Notes: a model not told the origin generated them from the letters alone. DNA of 53,221 nt from Thermoplasmata archaeon (GCA_020348445.1 CP070751.1:2653355-2706575), one strand, 5' to 3'. Positions 18,158 to 28,132 are shown, numbered from the stretch's first letter. Numbers and translations: made by a program.

Positions 18158-18799
18158 ATGAGAGGCTTTGAAGCTGCACTTTTCGACTTGGATGGGACCC
18201 TGATTTATTCGAAGGGTGTGATTGGAAGATGTATAAACGATACCTTGGAACATTTCGGTTATCCACGCTTTGAGGGCCCGGAACTTCACGATTTAATCGG
18301 CGTTCCCCTGAGAAAGGCATTATCTTTGAGAACTTCAGACATAGAACCACTTGTGGACCATTTTCGAAGTTTGTACATTTCCACATATCTTCAAGGAACT
18401 AACGTTTACGATGGTATGGAATCTATTCTTGTCGTTTTAAAGGAGGAAGGTAAAAAAATTGGGGTGGTGACACTCAAGCATACACCAGTTGCCAAGGAGG
18501 TTCTAAGAGGTCTTAACCTCCTTGCTTATATTGATGCTGTGGAAGGGGATGATGATGTTTCGGAATTGAAACCCTCACCAAATCAGATATTGAGGATTTG
18601 CAGGATTTTAAAGGTCAAATCAGAGACCACCGTTGTTATTGGAGATACATCAATGGACATAGCAGCTGGAAAGAAAGCCAATTGCATAACCATAGGGGTT
18701 CTATGGGGGGCAATGAGCATGGATTCCCTTGTATCGGCTGGAGCAGATTTCCTTGCAAGAAATCCAAAGGAATTGGAGGGTATCTTAAAAGAGCTTTGA
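18158..18799 (+). CDS. HAD-superfamily phosphatase (phosphoglycolate phosphatase-like)
   Basis: FDLDGTL motif I, VVTLK motif II, KPSP motif III, IGDTSMDI motif IV. The ORF is open from 18095, but ATG 18158 gives the typical N-terminus. Confidence 0.88.
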   Translation: MRGFEAALFDLDGTLIYSKGVIGRCINDTLEHFGYPRFEGPELHDLIGVPLRKALSLRTSDIEPLVDHFRSLYISTYLQGTNVYDGMESILVVLKEEGKKIGVVTLKHTPVAKEVLRGLNLLAYIDAVEGDDDVSELKPSPNQILRICRILKVKSETTVVIGDTSMDIAAGKKANCITIGVLWGAMSMDSLVSAGADFLARNPKELEGILKEL

Positions 18800-18822
18800 A
18801 TATAATAAATTAAAAAAGCGAG

Positions 18823-19704
18823 GTGAAAAAGATCGATCCTTTCTCGATTGTGGTAGTAATTTTTATTATTGCTGGTTTATACTATACTTACCGGGCAAAG
18901 GCTTATTTAACGCACACTCTCGTTTTAGTTAATATAATCATATTCATGATGACCTACTTTGTATCAGATATAATCCTCGATTTGGGATTCAGACCAGAAT
19001 ATCTATTTACAGGTGAAAAAATCTACACCGTTATTACGTCAATGTATCTACATTCGGGTGTTCTGCATCTTTTTTTTAACATGATATTCTTGATATTTAT
19101 TGGCCTATTATTCGAGGAAAAGATAGGCACGCTCAGGTTCGGAATTATTTATTATGTAACTGGTTTTGCGGCTGTGGTAACATTTTCATTTACATCTGGA
19201 TTTCTTCGACCTGAGGTGATCGTCGTGGGTGCCTCGGGGGGACTTTACGGAATATTAGGCGCTTATGCAAGGCTATATCCAGATGATAGATTTGCATTTA
19301 TCCCATTTCCATATCCGCTTCCAATCTACACTTGGGCTTTCATATTCCTTTTGATTGCCATCGTCGCGACATTCGTTCCTGGGATTTGTTTTGGCCCCAT
19401 CGCACATCTTGCCCATGTTGGGGGCCTTTTTGCTGGTTTAGCTGTATCACCCCTTGTAATGAAAATCAAGGGCAAGGAAAAGGAGAGGGTAACAAAGATC
19501 GATTACAATGTCTTTGATGTGCTCGCACAAACCGATTCTGACAAAGAACTCCTTGAAAAAATAAAAAACGAGGACGAGCCTGAAGTACGCATTGCTTGGC
19601 TTGAGCATTTTCTTTCCAAAGCCAAATGTCCGCAATGCGGTGGGATTTTACAGGTGGAAAAGAGAAAATTGAAATGCACCTGCGGATTTGAATTGAAATT
19701 CTAG
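18823..19704 (+). CDS. Rhomboid intramembrane serine protease with a C-terminal Zn-ribbon
   Basis: ITSMYLHSGVLHLFFNM, catalytic GASGG, AHLAHVGG, and a C-terminal CPQCGG...CTCG. Confidence 0.9.
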   Translation: MKKIDPFSIVVVIFIIAGLYYTYRAKAYLTHTLVLVNIIIFMMTYFVSDIILDLGFRPEYLFTGEKIYTVITSMYLHSGVLHLFFNMIFLIFIGLLFEEKIGTLRFGIIYYVTGFAAVVTFSFTSGFLRPEVIVVGASGGLYGILGAYARLYPDDRFAFIPFPYPLPIYTWAFIFLLIAIVATFVPGICFGPIAHLAHVGGLFAGLAVSPLVMKIKGKEKERVTKIDYNVFDVLAQTDSDKELLEKIKNEDEPEVRIAWLEHFLSKAKCPQCGGILQVEKRKLKCTCGFELKF

Positions 19705-19755
19705 TCTTTTGAAACCAGGTAATGTTTATGTCTCATCAGAGCCATTTCCCATTCC

Positions 19756-20472
19756 ATGACAAAACTGAATGCAAAGGGCTGGATTGAAAAGAACGGAAAA
19801 TTTATTGTGGGCGAAGGACGGGCGCAGATTTTAAGGCTCATTGATCAAACACATTCTCTAAGCAAGGCCGCAGAAAAGATGAAGATGTCGTATCGGCATC
19901 TGTGGGGAACCATAAGGGAAATGGAGGAGGATGTGGGAAAGCAACTTGTTGTATCTTCCCGCGGTGGAAGAGGTGGAGGAAAAACAGAGCTTACTAAAAC
20001 TGGGAAAAAGCTTCTTTTAGATTATACAAAAGGTATTACCAGCTTGCAAGAGTTTCTTGACAATCAGGGTTTTTTAAAACCTTCTCTTTCCGTGGATGGC
20101 ATCATCATCCATAAAAAAAAGTTAGTATTGATTAAAAGGGCCAATTCCCCGTTTAAGGGCAAGTATGCGCTGCCAGGTGGTTTTGTGGAGTACAATGAAA
20201 GAGTGGAGGATGCGGTGGTGAGGGAGATTCAGGAGGAGACCGGACTTAAGACTGAGATAGAATCTTTAATTGGTGTTTATTCTGATCCAAAAAGGGATCC
20301 CAGGGGACACACAGTCTCCGTTGTCTATGAGATGAGGGTGAAAGGAGGAAAATTGAAGTCAGGGTCAGATGCGAAAGAGGCGAAGCTGTTTTCCATGGAT
20401 GAGATTCCGAAGTTGGCCTTTGATCATGATGTGATCGTGGGGGATTATTTGAGAAAGGAAAAAAATGGATAA
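19756..20472 (+). CDS. ModE-type winged-HTH fused to a Nudix hydrolase
   Basis: The N-terminal GEGRAQILRLI..THSLSKAAEKMKMSYRHLW..IREME...RGGRGGGKTELT is a ModE HTH pattern. The C-terminal part carries the Nudix box GGFVEYNERVEDAVVREIQEETGL plus RDPRGHTVS. Confidence 0.85.
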   Translation: MTKLNAKGWIEKNGKFIVGEGRAQILRLIDQTHSLSKAAEKMKMSYRHLWGTIREMEEDVGKQLVVSSRGGRGGGKTELTKTGKKLLLDYTKGITSLQEFLDNQGFLKPSLSVDGIIIHKKKLVLIKRANSPFKGKYALPGGFVEYNERVEDAVVREIQEETGLKTEIESLIGVYSDPKRDPRGHTVSVVYEMRVKGGKLKSGSDAKEAKLFSMDEIPKLAFDHDVIVGDYLRKEKNG

Positions 20473-20625
20473 ACATACATAATGTACCGATTAAAACCAC
20501 CAAAATCCAACAAAACGATAATTTATTATATAAATATAATATACCATTACTCATCCAGGAAGGTGTAATTTATCAAAAAACGAGAGGCATACAGGCTTAT
20601 TGGAATAGTCGTTCTCTTAATAGGA

Positions 20626-21123
20626 GTGGGATTCATTGTAGGAGGTATAGCTACATTAGGACAGAGCGTGAGCGAGTACGATGACTGGGTTAAGGATCCG
20701 TCAAGAAGTCCTGGAGATACCATAAAGGTGACAGGGGTCATAGAGGACGAAACAAGTATGTTTGGCGATTATAGGTACAAATTCGAAGGCTCGGATGTCC
20801 CTTTTTACTCGGGCGAAGACCTAGGCGCTGAAGGCGATACAGTCACAGTGGAATTGGTAATTACAGATTCGAGAGTACCAATGGTCAGAAGTGTCTTCAC
20901 TCAATTAATGTGCTGGATTCCCGGCATAATATGCCTTGTGATAGGTGCAATACTTATTATCGTCAGTTTCATTGTTAAACCCGAGCAACCGACACCATAC
21001 CCCCCAGGATATCCCCAGCAATATCCACAACAACAATACCCCTATCAACAATATCCTCCTCAACAGTATCCGCCCCAGCAGTACCCACCCCAACAATATC
21101 CACCACAGCAACCAGGTTATTGA
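20626..21123 (+). CDS. Membrane protein with OB-like middle region and a PQQQY low-complexity tail (reading frame open back to 20569)
   Basis: The hydrophobic N-terminus continues in frame upstream (IKKREAYRLIGIVVLLIG). There is a second TM and a (P/Y)PQQY repeat tail. Confidence 0.7.
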   Translation: MGFIVGGIATLGQSVSEYDDWVKDPSRSPGDTIKVTGVIEDETSMFGDYRYKFEGSDVPFYSGEDLGAEGDTVTVELVITDSRVPMVRSVFTQLMCWIPGIICLVIGAILIIVSFIVKPEQPTPYPPGYPQQYPQQQYPYQQYPPQQYPPQQYPPQQYPPQQPGY

Positions 21124-21203
21124 CAACAAACATCCTCAATAAATCAATATCATATCTATAAGAGTTCCTATAGGAAGAAGAAAGAAGATAGGAGGTAAAA
21201 AAA

Positions 21204-21650
21204 ATGGCAGGTAATGAAAAGTTAGTGGTAGGTGTCATTGCATTGATAATAGGTATAGTCCTGCTACTCTTTGGGGCAATGGCAGCCATAACATATTTTG
21301 ATGGAGTCCCAAAGGTCGATGACAAAAAAGAAATAAGAGACCAATATAAGGACGAAGGAAGAGATACAACTTCGTTGGATAAGCAAATCGAGGACGATGA
21401 GGAGTTGCTTGAAACCAAGACACAAGCTATGGGAATATGTCTCCCGATAGGGATAATTTTACTAATTGTCGGGATTGTCCTGATTTTCCTATGGAATAAG
21501 GACAAAAAAGCGGCCCCACAGGTATCTCCCCCACAGCAATACCAGGTTCCACAACAGCAATATCCCCCCCAGCAGTATCCTCCTCAGCAGTATCCACCAC
21601 AACAATATCCGCCTCAACAATATCCACCACAGCAACCCCCAGGGTATTAA
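21204..21650 (+). CDS. Two-TM membrane protein with a PQQQY low-complexity tail
   Basis: Strong SD GGAGGT; two TM segments flanking a charged loop; tail QQYQVPQQQY(PPQQY)x4PPQQPPGY. Confidence 0.8.
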   Translation: MAGNEKLVVGVIALIIGIVLLLFGAMAAITYFDGVPKVDDKKEIRDQYKDEGRDTTSLDKQIEDDEELLETKTQAMGICLPIGIILLIVGIVLIFLWNKDKKAAPQVSPPQQYQVPQQQYPPQQYPPQQYPPQQYPPQQYPPQQPPGY

Positions 21651-21695
21651 TATCTTTAGGACTGAAAAAAACCGAAGTCTGATCACCAATTTAGC

Positions 21696-22556
21696 CTATT
21701 TCATCTCTTTTCTTTCGAAAATAAAATAGGTGAGCAAGAAGGCGATGATAAGATAGAAGAACATGACAAGCAGGCTCAGCGCAACTTCTGGATAGAACTG
21801 ATGTATCTCGATGGTGTCACCGCCCATGGTGAATTCCTCTACAATATCCTTTGGATACGGTACAACCAGAATAAAATATATGATTCCCGAGGCAAATGTG
21901 ATGCTCAAAGATGGCTTCACCCCTGCAAATGTGAATACAGATTCTATTATCGGCAGAATTAAAAAGAAGAGAAAAAAAGTAAGGACATTGGCACCTGTGG
22001 TTCCCTTCATCAGGGAACTGAGCAGATAGGCTATAGACAGCCCAGAAAGCAGATACATAACACAGAACAATAATGACAGCCCAACTTCCCCGGGAACCGA
22101 GTGATTAACGGCACCTATAGAGATTACAACAACCCCATAGTATATTATGATCACCAACATAGAGGCTAAGAAACTGGCAGTGAACTTTCCAAATAATATA
22201 ACGATTCTCTTTAAAGGGTTGGGGAAGAGAAGATAACCTGTCTTTTGCTGAAATTCAGATACTATGGCATCTGCTCCGAAAAATGTGAAGCAAAGGATCA
22301 CAAGAATTCCTGCAAAGCTAATGAATAGCCCTGCAAACTCCAGTGCGTCATCTGGATAATCATGACCCAAGGCAGGAGGGATGCTCAATATCAATCCTAT
22401 TATCAGGGCGAGAATAATAAGAATGGCAAGCAGTCTCTTACTGCGCAGATATTTCAAGGTCTCATACCGGACAACAGATAGGTACTGCTGAAAATCGCTA
22501 GGAACTGTAGTTTGACCTTGAAAAAGAGCCAATTCCTGACTTTCTCCTTGGACCAT
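21696..22556 (-). CDS. ABC-2 type transporter permease
   Basis: Six TM segments; AIVSEFQQKTGYLLFPNPLKR..ILFGKF motif; adjacent to an ABC ATPase. Confidence 0.85.
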   Translation of the reverse strand: MVQGESQELALFQGQTTVPSDFQQYLSVVRYETLKYLRSKRLLAILIILALIIGLILSIPPALGHDYPDDALEFAGLFISFAGILVILCFTFFGADAIVSEFQQKTGYLLFPNPLKRIVILFGKFTASFLASMLVIIIYYGVVVISIGAVNHSVPGEVGLSLLFCVMYLLSGLSIAYLLSSLMKGTTGANVLTFFLFFLILPIIESVFTFAGVKPSLSITFASGIIYFILVVPYPKDIVEEFTMGGDTIEIHQFYPEVALSLLVMFFYLIIAFLLTYFIFERKEMK

Positions 22557-22564
22557 GTTTTCAC

Positions 22565-23533
22565 CTATATTGAATCCGAGATCATGCTCATATACAGGTT
22601 CTCCAGCGCCGTACCCACTGCCCTGAAAGAGGTAACACTTATACCTTCTACGTTCTGGATATTTGCCAGTAGCTCTGCTTTCTCAGGCTCCCTGCCTTCC
22701 AGCTCCACAACAAACAGATGCGGCTGATACACCACCAGATTTTTCACAGAATTAAAGTCTTGGATGGCCTTGACCTGCTCGGGAGTAATAGGTGATAGGA
22801 TTTGAACCTCGACTTTTACAACTTCTGCCAAATTTGCCAACTTCTCGATTTCATCATATGTTAAAAGCTGGCCTTTGTTTATCATGGCAACCTTGTCGCA
22901 AACCTCCTGAACCTCGAAAAGAAGATGTGAGCTCATGAATATAGTTCTGCCCTCTGTTTTGAGCAATTTGATTATCTCCCGAACCTCCACCATTCCTCTT
23001 GGGTCAAGACCTGTTGTGGGCTCGTCCAGAATCAGTATCGGTGGTTCATGAAGTAGGGCCTGGGCTATTGCCAGCCGCTGCTTCATTCCCTTGGAGAACT
23101 TACCTATTCGCTTGTCCTTCCAATCCTGTAACTTCACCTCTCCTATAACATGCTCTATGCGTTCAAGTAATTGATTTGATGCAATCCCTCTTATTTTACC
23201 AAGGTAAGTCAGGGTCTCGACAGGGGTAAGATAGGGGTAGAACTCAGGTGTTTCCACAACCGATCCAACCCGGCCCAGGGCCTCCTTTGGATTGATTCCC
23301 ACATCCACCCCTTCGATGTACGCGTTTCCGTTTGTTGCCCTGAGCATGGAAGTCAGTATCTTGATTGTGGTGGTCTTTCCTGCACCGTTTGGCCCCAAGA
23401 AGCCCACGCAAACTCCGTGTTCTATTCTCAGGTTAAGTTCGTTTACAGCCGTGAAGTTGCCAAAAACCTTTGTCAGATTCTCTGTTACAATCGCCTCATT
23501 CATTTTGAGATTCCCCAAAGCCTCATGCCCCAA
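22565..23533 (-). CDS. ABC-2 type transporter ATP-binding protein (likely start ATG 23503)
   Basis: Walker A GPNGAGKTT, signature FSKGMKQR, Walker B ILILDEPT, H-loop SSHLL. Confidence 0.93.
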   Translation of the reverse strand: MGHEALGNLKMNEAIVTENLTKVFGNFTAVNELNLRIEHGVCVGFLGPNGAGKTTTIKILTSMLRATNGNAYIEGVDVGINPKEALGRVGSVVETPEFYPYLTPVETLTYLGKIRGIASNQLLERIEHVIGEVKLQDWKDKRIGKFSKGMKQRLAIAQALLHEPPILILDEPTTGLDPRGMVEVREIIKLLKTEGRTIFMSSHLLFEVQEVCDKVAMINKGQLLTYDEIEKLANLAEVVKVEVQILSPITPEQVKAIQDFNSVKNLVVYQPHLFVVELEGREPEKAELLANIQNVEGISVTSFRAVGTALENLYMSMISDSI

Positions 23534-23552
23534 ACATGATATTTACTGATAC

Positions 23553-23843
23553 TCAATCTGATCTTCTTTCCAAAAAACGATTGGCAAGATACATTGCAGT
23601 GCCTATACAGATAAGGATTACACCCGCACCGGCAAAGTAAAACCCAGGCCCTATCATTGCCCACTCCTGCCGTACGAACAAGTAGACCATCAACAGGTTC
23701 ACCATTATAGTGATGAGTCCCAGGAGTATAAAACCCATGGCTATATTTTTCAACGTGAAATCAGGAAGATCGCCTTTTTCGTATTCGTGGGCTATTGGAT
23801 AATACCTTTTCATTTTGGGCTCAACTTCATTTTCAGTATCCAA
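23553..23843 (-). CDS. Small two-TM hypothetical membrane protein
   Basis: 96 aa; GGAGGT SD 5 nt before the TTG start; two hydrophobic helices. Its 5' part is duplicated at 27168-27283. Confidence 0.65.
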   Translation of the reverse strand: MDTENEVEPKMKRYYPIAHEYEKGDLPDFTLKNIAMGFILLGLITIMVNLLMVYLFVRQEWAMIGPGFYFAGAGVILICIGTAMYLANRFLERRSD

Positions 23844-23964
23844 GCAAGACCTCCATGTTGGACAGTTATTATCTACTATGGAGTATATTAAGGTAATATT
23901 ATATGAAGGTTTTTGGATTGATTTAAAATTTCTGGGCTTATATTGTGGGATACAGTTCTTACTT

Positions 23965-24022
23965 TTTTCTCAATGCGCTCGCATCAATCCCTGTATGAAG
24001 GCTCATTCTCGGCCTCACCCTC
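23965..24022. repeat. Direct repeat L: orphan copy of the last about 19 codons of the HerA-like ATPase gene
   Basis: 55/58 identical to 31667-31724. On the minus strand it encodes RVRPRMSLHTGIDASALRK. Confidence 0.9.
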
Positions 24023-24241
24023 TCAGTCTTCAGAAACAAATAAGTTTCTTCTTCTTGAATGAATTTCCCATAAAGCTGTAGCGAAATTCCTGCAATTCGT
24101 TAATCTTTATATAACTTAATCAAAACGATTATTGAAGAAAGTGACTGTTTCTTATAAGTAAAAACTTGATTTTTTCGTCTTTTGCAGAAGGTTTTATATG
24201 CTTTTAACTCCATTTATTTTTCATGGGGGAGGGGGGCAAGT

Positions 24242-25951
24242 ATGAGAAGAAAGATAACTGGCTGTATCATATGTGCTTTGATTATTGGTGCTATACTGAT
24301 GATAGAAGTACCAGAGGGTGTAAGTGCGCAATTAACTGAGGAATGGATTGCCAGATACAATAGCCCTGGAAATTATTCTGATCGGGCAAATGACATCGCA
24401 GTTGACTCGTCAGGAAATGTTTATGTTACCGGTGGTAGTTTTCTCCCCCGGGGCAAATCAGATTATATTACAATAAAATACGATTCCTCAGGAAATGAGC
24501 TGTGGGTGCGAAGATACAATGGACTGGGGAATGAGGATGATTATGCCTTTGACTTGGTTCTGGACTCATACGAAAATGTGATTGTAACTGGAAGAAGTCA
24601 TAATGGTACCACAGATTATGACTATACAACAATTAAGTATGACCCTTTAGGTAATCAGCTCTGGGTTGCGAAATATAACAGTCCAGATAATTACGATGAT
24701 CAGGCCTTTGCAATTGCTATTGACTCATATGATAATGTCTATGTGACTGGAGCAAGTAATAGATATTTTTATTTTCCTGGTGGTATTCATTCTCATTATG
24801 ATTATACAACTGTTGCCTATGACTCTTTGGGCAATGAGCTCTGGGTAACTAGATACAATGGCCCTATTGATGATGGTGATGACTGGGCAACTGCCATTGC
24901 AGTTGACGATTCATCTGGAGATGTTTATGTGACTGGTCAAAGCGAAGGTAATGGAACAGATTGGGATTATGCTACAATTAAATATGATACATCTGGCAAC
25001 CCGCTCTGGGTGGCAAGATACAACAGCCCTGAGAACCATAGTGATTCAGGTGAGTCAATAATAATCGATGCATCTGGTAATATATTTGTGACCGGAAGAA
25101 GTGATGGTGGCTCAACAAATAATGACTATGCAACCATAAAATACGACCCACTGGGCAATGAAATGTGGATTCAAAGATATAATGGTCCTGGAAATGGAAA
25201 CGATAGGGCTGATACAATCATTTTAGATTCCTCGGGGAATGCATATGTAACTGGCTATAGTGATGGTGGTATAACAAATGGGGATTTTGCTACATTAAAG
25301 TATGATTCAGATGGTAATAAACTATGGGAAGTACGATATAACGGACCAGGAAATTCTGAGGAATGGGCCTGGGATATGACAATAGACTCTTTGGGCAATA
25401 TCTATGTAACTGGTCAGAGTGGAATATTCCCTTACTATGATTATGCAACAGTTAAATATGACTCATCAGGTAATCAGCTCTGGATTGCGACATATAACGG
25501 TTCAGGAAATGACAGAGATGTGGGAAGGGCAATTGATGTTGACGCATCTGGAAATGTATATGTGACAGGTCACAGCACTGGATTAGGGACAGAACACGAT
25601 ATGACCACGATAAAATATTCCTATCAAGAACCAAAACCTGAGCCGAATATTGATATTGATCCCAACACCTTAAATCTTAAATCCAAAGGTAAATGGATTA
25701 CATGCTACATCACCCTAAATAGCCCATATGATATCAACGACATTGATGTCACAACTGTGATTCTTGAGGACACAATCCCCGCTGAGTGGGGGGATATCCA
25801 AAACGATACTCTAATGGTCAAATTTGACAGAAGCGAGGTGGAGGATATGCTGTCACCTGGGATCTACAAGTTGAAGGTTACAGGGGAGTTAACAGACGGG
25901 ACATCATTTGAGGGATATAGCGACGAGATAAGGGTGATTGAACCACAGTAA
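24242..25951 (+). CDS. Secreted beta-propeller (SBBP-like repeat) protein, paralog 1
   Basis: Signal peptide; about 7 repeats of D.A..IAVDSSGNVYVTG.S...DY.TIKYD..GN.LW...YN; C-terminal IDPxTLNLKSKG module. ATG 24242 follows GGAGGGGGG (ORF open from 24182). Confidence 0.85.
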   Translation: MRRKITGCIICALIIGAILMIEVPEGVSAQLTEEWIARYNSPGNYSDRANDIAVDSSGNVYVTGGSFLPRGKSDYITIKYDSSGNELWVRRYNGLGNEDDYAFDLVLDSYENVIVTGRSHNGTTDYDYTTIKYDPLGNQLWVAKYNSPDNYDDQAFAIAIDSYDNVYVTGASNRYFYFPGGIHSHYDYTTVAYDSLGNELWVTRYNGPIDDGDDWATAIAVDDSSGDVYVTGQSEGNGTDWDYATIKYDTSGNPLWVARYNSPENHSDSGESIIIDASGNIFVTGRSDGGSTNNDYATIKYDPLGNEMWIQRYNGPGNGNDRADTIILDSSGNAYVTGYSDGGITNGDFATLKYDSDGNKLWEVRYNGPGNSEEWAWDMTIDSLGNIYVTGQSGIFPYYDYATVKYDSSGNQLWIATYNGSGNDRDVGRAIDVDASGNVYVTGHSTGLGTEHDMTTIKYSYQEPKPEPNIDIDPNTLNLKSKGKWITCYITLNSPYDINDIDVTTVILEDTIPAEWGDIQNDTLMVKFDRSEVEDMLSPGIYKLKVTGELTDGTSFEGYSDEIRVIEPQ

Positions 25952-26184
25952 CTTTATATATAGTTACTTTCGATAATCCCATTCTTTTATTATTTTAATT
26001 CATATAGGAGAGAAATGATACCGAAATATTAATAAGGATACAATCCATAAATAAGGATAACTCTTCCTAAAAAGAAGAGCACCGGGATCAAGATAGGGGA
26101 ATAACTCTCATAGATAAGGGGAGAGAATAAGTCCCGAGGTGGGGGACCTTAAATATACCAATGACAGAAAGGGAGGTGAAAAAA

Positions 26185-26703
26185 GTGAGGAAAACTTCAA
26201 TTGTTATATTCTCAGTGCTAACAGTAATTATATTTTTCCTTTCCACAGGGACTAGTGTCACAGCAACAGAAGAGATTCGTCCTGTAGATTTAAAGGGGAC
26301 AATATCAACGAAATATCCATATGCATACGCAGAATGTCTCATACTTTTCGAAGGAGATGATTGGGAAGTACAAATTGATGAAAATCCTGAGCATGTCTTG
26401 ATAAAATGTACATTATACCTAGTCTGGGACGATGATCACACTGTGCTTTATCCATATTGGCATCTCTCAGGGACAGTAGAATATTGGTTCAATATGTCAT
26501 ACAATGAGCAGATTGACCAGCGACATAATATTGAACCCCTTAGTTCTTCAAATCCTTCCAGAAGCATACCTATTGACATCCTTGTAGAAGACTGTACACC
26601 AGATACTACTATATATGTCGAATGGGCTATTATAACTACGCACGATCAATCTGGAAAAAGTGCAGGTGATGAGAAACAGGAAGAGATAGCTGTCGTAATG
26701 TAA
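26185..26703 (+). CDS. Secreted hypothetical protein
   Basis: GGGAGGTGA SD 5 nt before GTG 26185; signal-peptide-like N-terminus; T-rich terminator-like tract after the stop. Confidence 0.6.
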   Translation: MRKTSIVIFSVLTVIIFFLSTGTSVTATEEIRPVDLKGTISTKYPYAYAECLILFEGDDWEVQIDENPEHVLIKCTLYLVWDDDHTVLYPYWHLSGTVEYWFNMSYNEQIDQRHNIEPLSSSNPSRSIPIDILVEDCTPDTTIYVEWAIITTHDQSGKSAGDEKQEEIAVVM

Positions 26704-27127
26704 ACTCTATATCTACCCTTTTTTATTTTTTTTTAATAAATCGGTGATCATTATAAAGTTAAATCCCTAAGGAACATTTGTGATTCTATCCGCTTTTATT
26801 TCTGATTCATTTTCACCTGTTATTTGCTATATTTAGTGCAGTTTGGGGGTGCTTATTCCCAGATTTCGAACAGAAATTAGATTTGATTAGCTTTTAGATT
26901 TCCAGGATTCAGAAGAAAGGTTGACTTTGGATGACCTGCAGGAGGGCTGGATTCAGTACTTCTGAAAAATGTATGTAAAAAGGGGCAGAAAGAACTTCAT
27001 TATAATTTTATTCGGAAGTCATAATCTCGTATGGGTTCCAAATTTACCATAACAATATTTATACCTCAATTCCCAAGGCAAATAATAGAAATGTTGTCTT
27101 TTCATCAATAATATCCAATGTCTCAAA

Positions 27128-27283
27128 TCAAGAAAGTGATACTAGATATGCTGCAATCGAAAAAGGGATAAAACCCATGGCTATGTTTTTCAACGTGAAA
27201 TCGGGAAGATCGCCTTTTTCGTATTCGTGGGCTATTGGATAATACCTTTTCATTTTGGGCTCAACTTCATTCTCAGTATCCAA
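27128..27283 (-). pseudogene. Truncated duplicate (51 aa) of the 23553-23843 membrane protein gene
   Basis: 27168-27368 is a near-identical copy of 23728-23928 (5' coding part plus promoter). The reading frame diverges after AMGFI and stops at 27128. Confidence 0.75.
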
Positions 27284-27427
27284 GCAAGACCTCCATGATG
27301 GATGGTTAATATCTACTATGGAGTATATTAAGGTAATATTATATGAAGGTTTTTGGGTTGATTTAGAAATTTAGAAAACCTCAATTACTTCCAAATCCCT
27401 CTTATTTTATGATTATTATATTTTACT

Positions 27428-27877
27428 CTATAATGTTAAATGAATAATATTATAATATCTATAATTAAGATCGAAGGTAAATCCCTCCCTTGCCAGACCA
27501 TAAGGCTCGCCTAAAATATGAATTGTATCGTTAGAACTTAATTTCCCATTCTCATCCGAATCCTCAAATATGACCTGATCTGTATACTTGTCGAATCTAG
27601 CATTAGAAATATTTATTCCATCACCATTAAGAAACCACATGAAATTTCGAAGAGGTTCTTCTCGACTTGTGCTTAAAATTGTTACCGTCCAATTATATCC
27701 GCCAGTTGAATTATCCCTCTCAAACCTAATTTCTACAGAGGGAGGCTTTGGATAATCATAATCTGGGTCGGGTCGAAAATATGTTTCCAATATATAACTT
27801 GATGTAAAAAATGTTATGATTCCCACCACTGCTAGCAAAGCGACCATTTTAATTGCTTTGGACAATCTTTGATTCAT
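27428..27877 (-). CDS. Single-TM exported protein with a pilin-like globular domain (tentative)
   Basis: N-terminal TM, Pro-rich linker, beta-rich domain with a D-x-D-x-N-G-x-L-S loop. No recognisable class III signal peptide. Confidence 0.55.
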   Translation of the reverse strand: MNQRLSKAIKMVALLAVVGIITFFTSSYILETYFRPDPDYDYPKPPSVEIRFERDNSTGGYNWTVTILSTSREEPLRNFMWFLNGDGINISNARFDKYTDQVIFEDSDENGKLSSNDTIHILGEPYGLAREGFTFDLNYRYYNIIHLTL

Positions 27878-27879
27878 GT

Positions 27880-27998
27880 TTATTATCTACTATAGAATAT
27901 ATTAAGATAATATTATATGAAGGTTTTTGGATTGATTAAAAATTCTGGGCTTATATTGTGGGATATAGTTCTTATTCTTATCTCAATGCGCTCGCATC
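27880..27998. repeat. Third copy of the 23866-23985 promoter / ATPase-end segment
   Basis: Aligns with 23866-23985. Similarity resumes with about 24106 onward into the propeller gene, so about 120 bp is deleted relative to copy 1. Confidence 0.8.
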
Positions 27999-28132
27999 TA
28001 TATAATTTAATCGAAACGCTTCTTAAAGAAAAGGATTGTTTCTTATATGTAAAAACTTGATTATTTCGTATTTTGCAGAAGGTTTTATATGCTTTTAACT
28101 CCATTTATTTTTCATGGGGGAGGGGGGCAAGT

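Noticed and set aside
26704-27127. Possible decayed gene fragment (FQDSEERLTLDDLQEGWIQYF on the + strand)
   Set aside because: It is too short, bounded by stops and without recognisable homology.
27428-27877. Bona fide type IV pilin of the neighbouring ATPase operon
   Set aside because: It has no prepilin-peptidase (class III) cleavage motif. Only the globular part is reminiscent of pilins.
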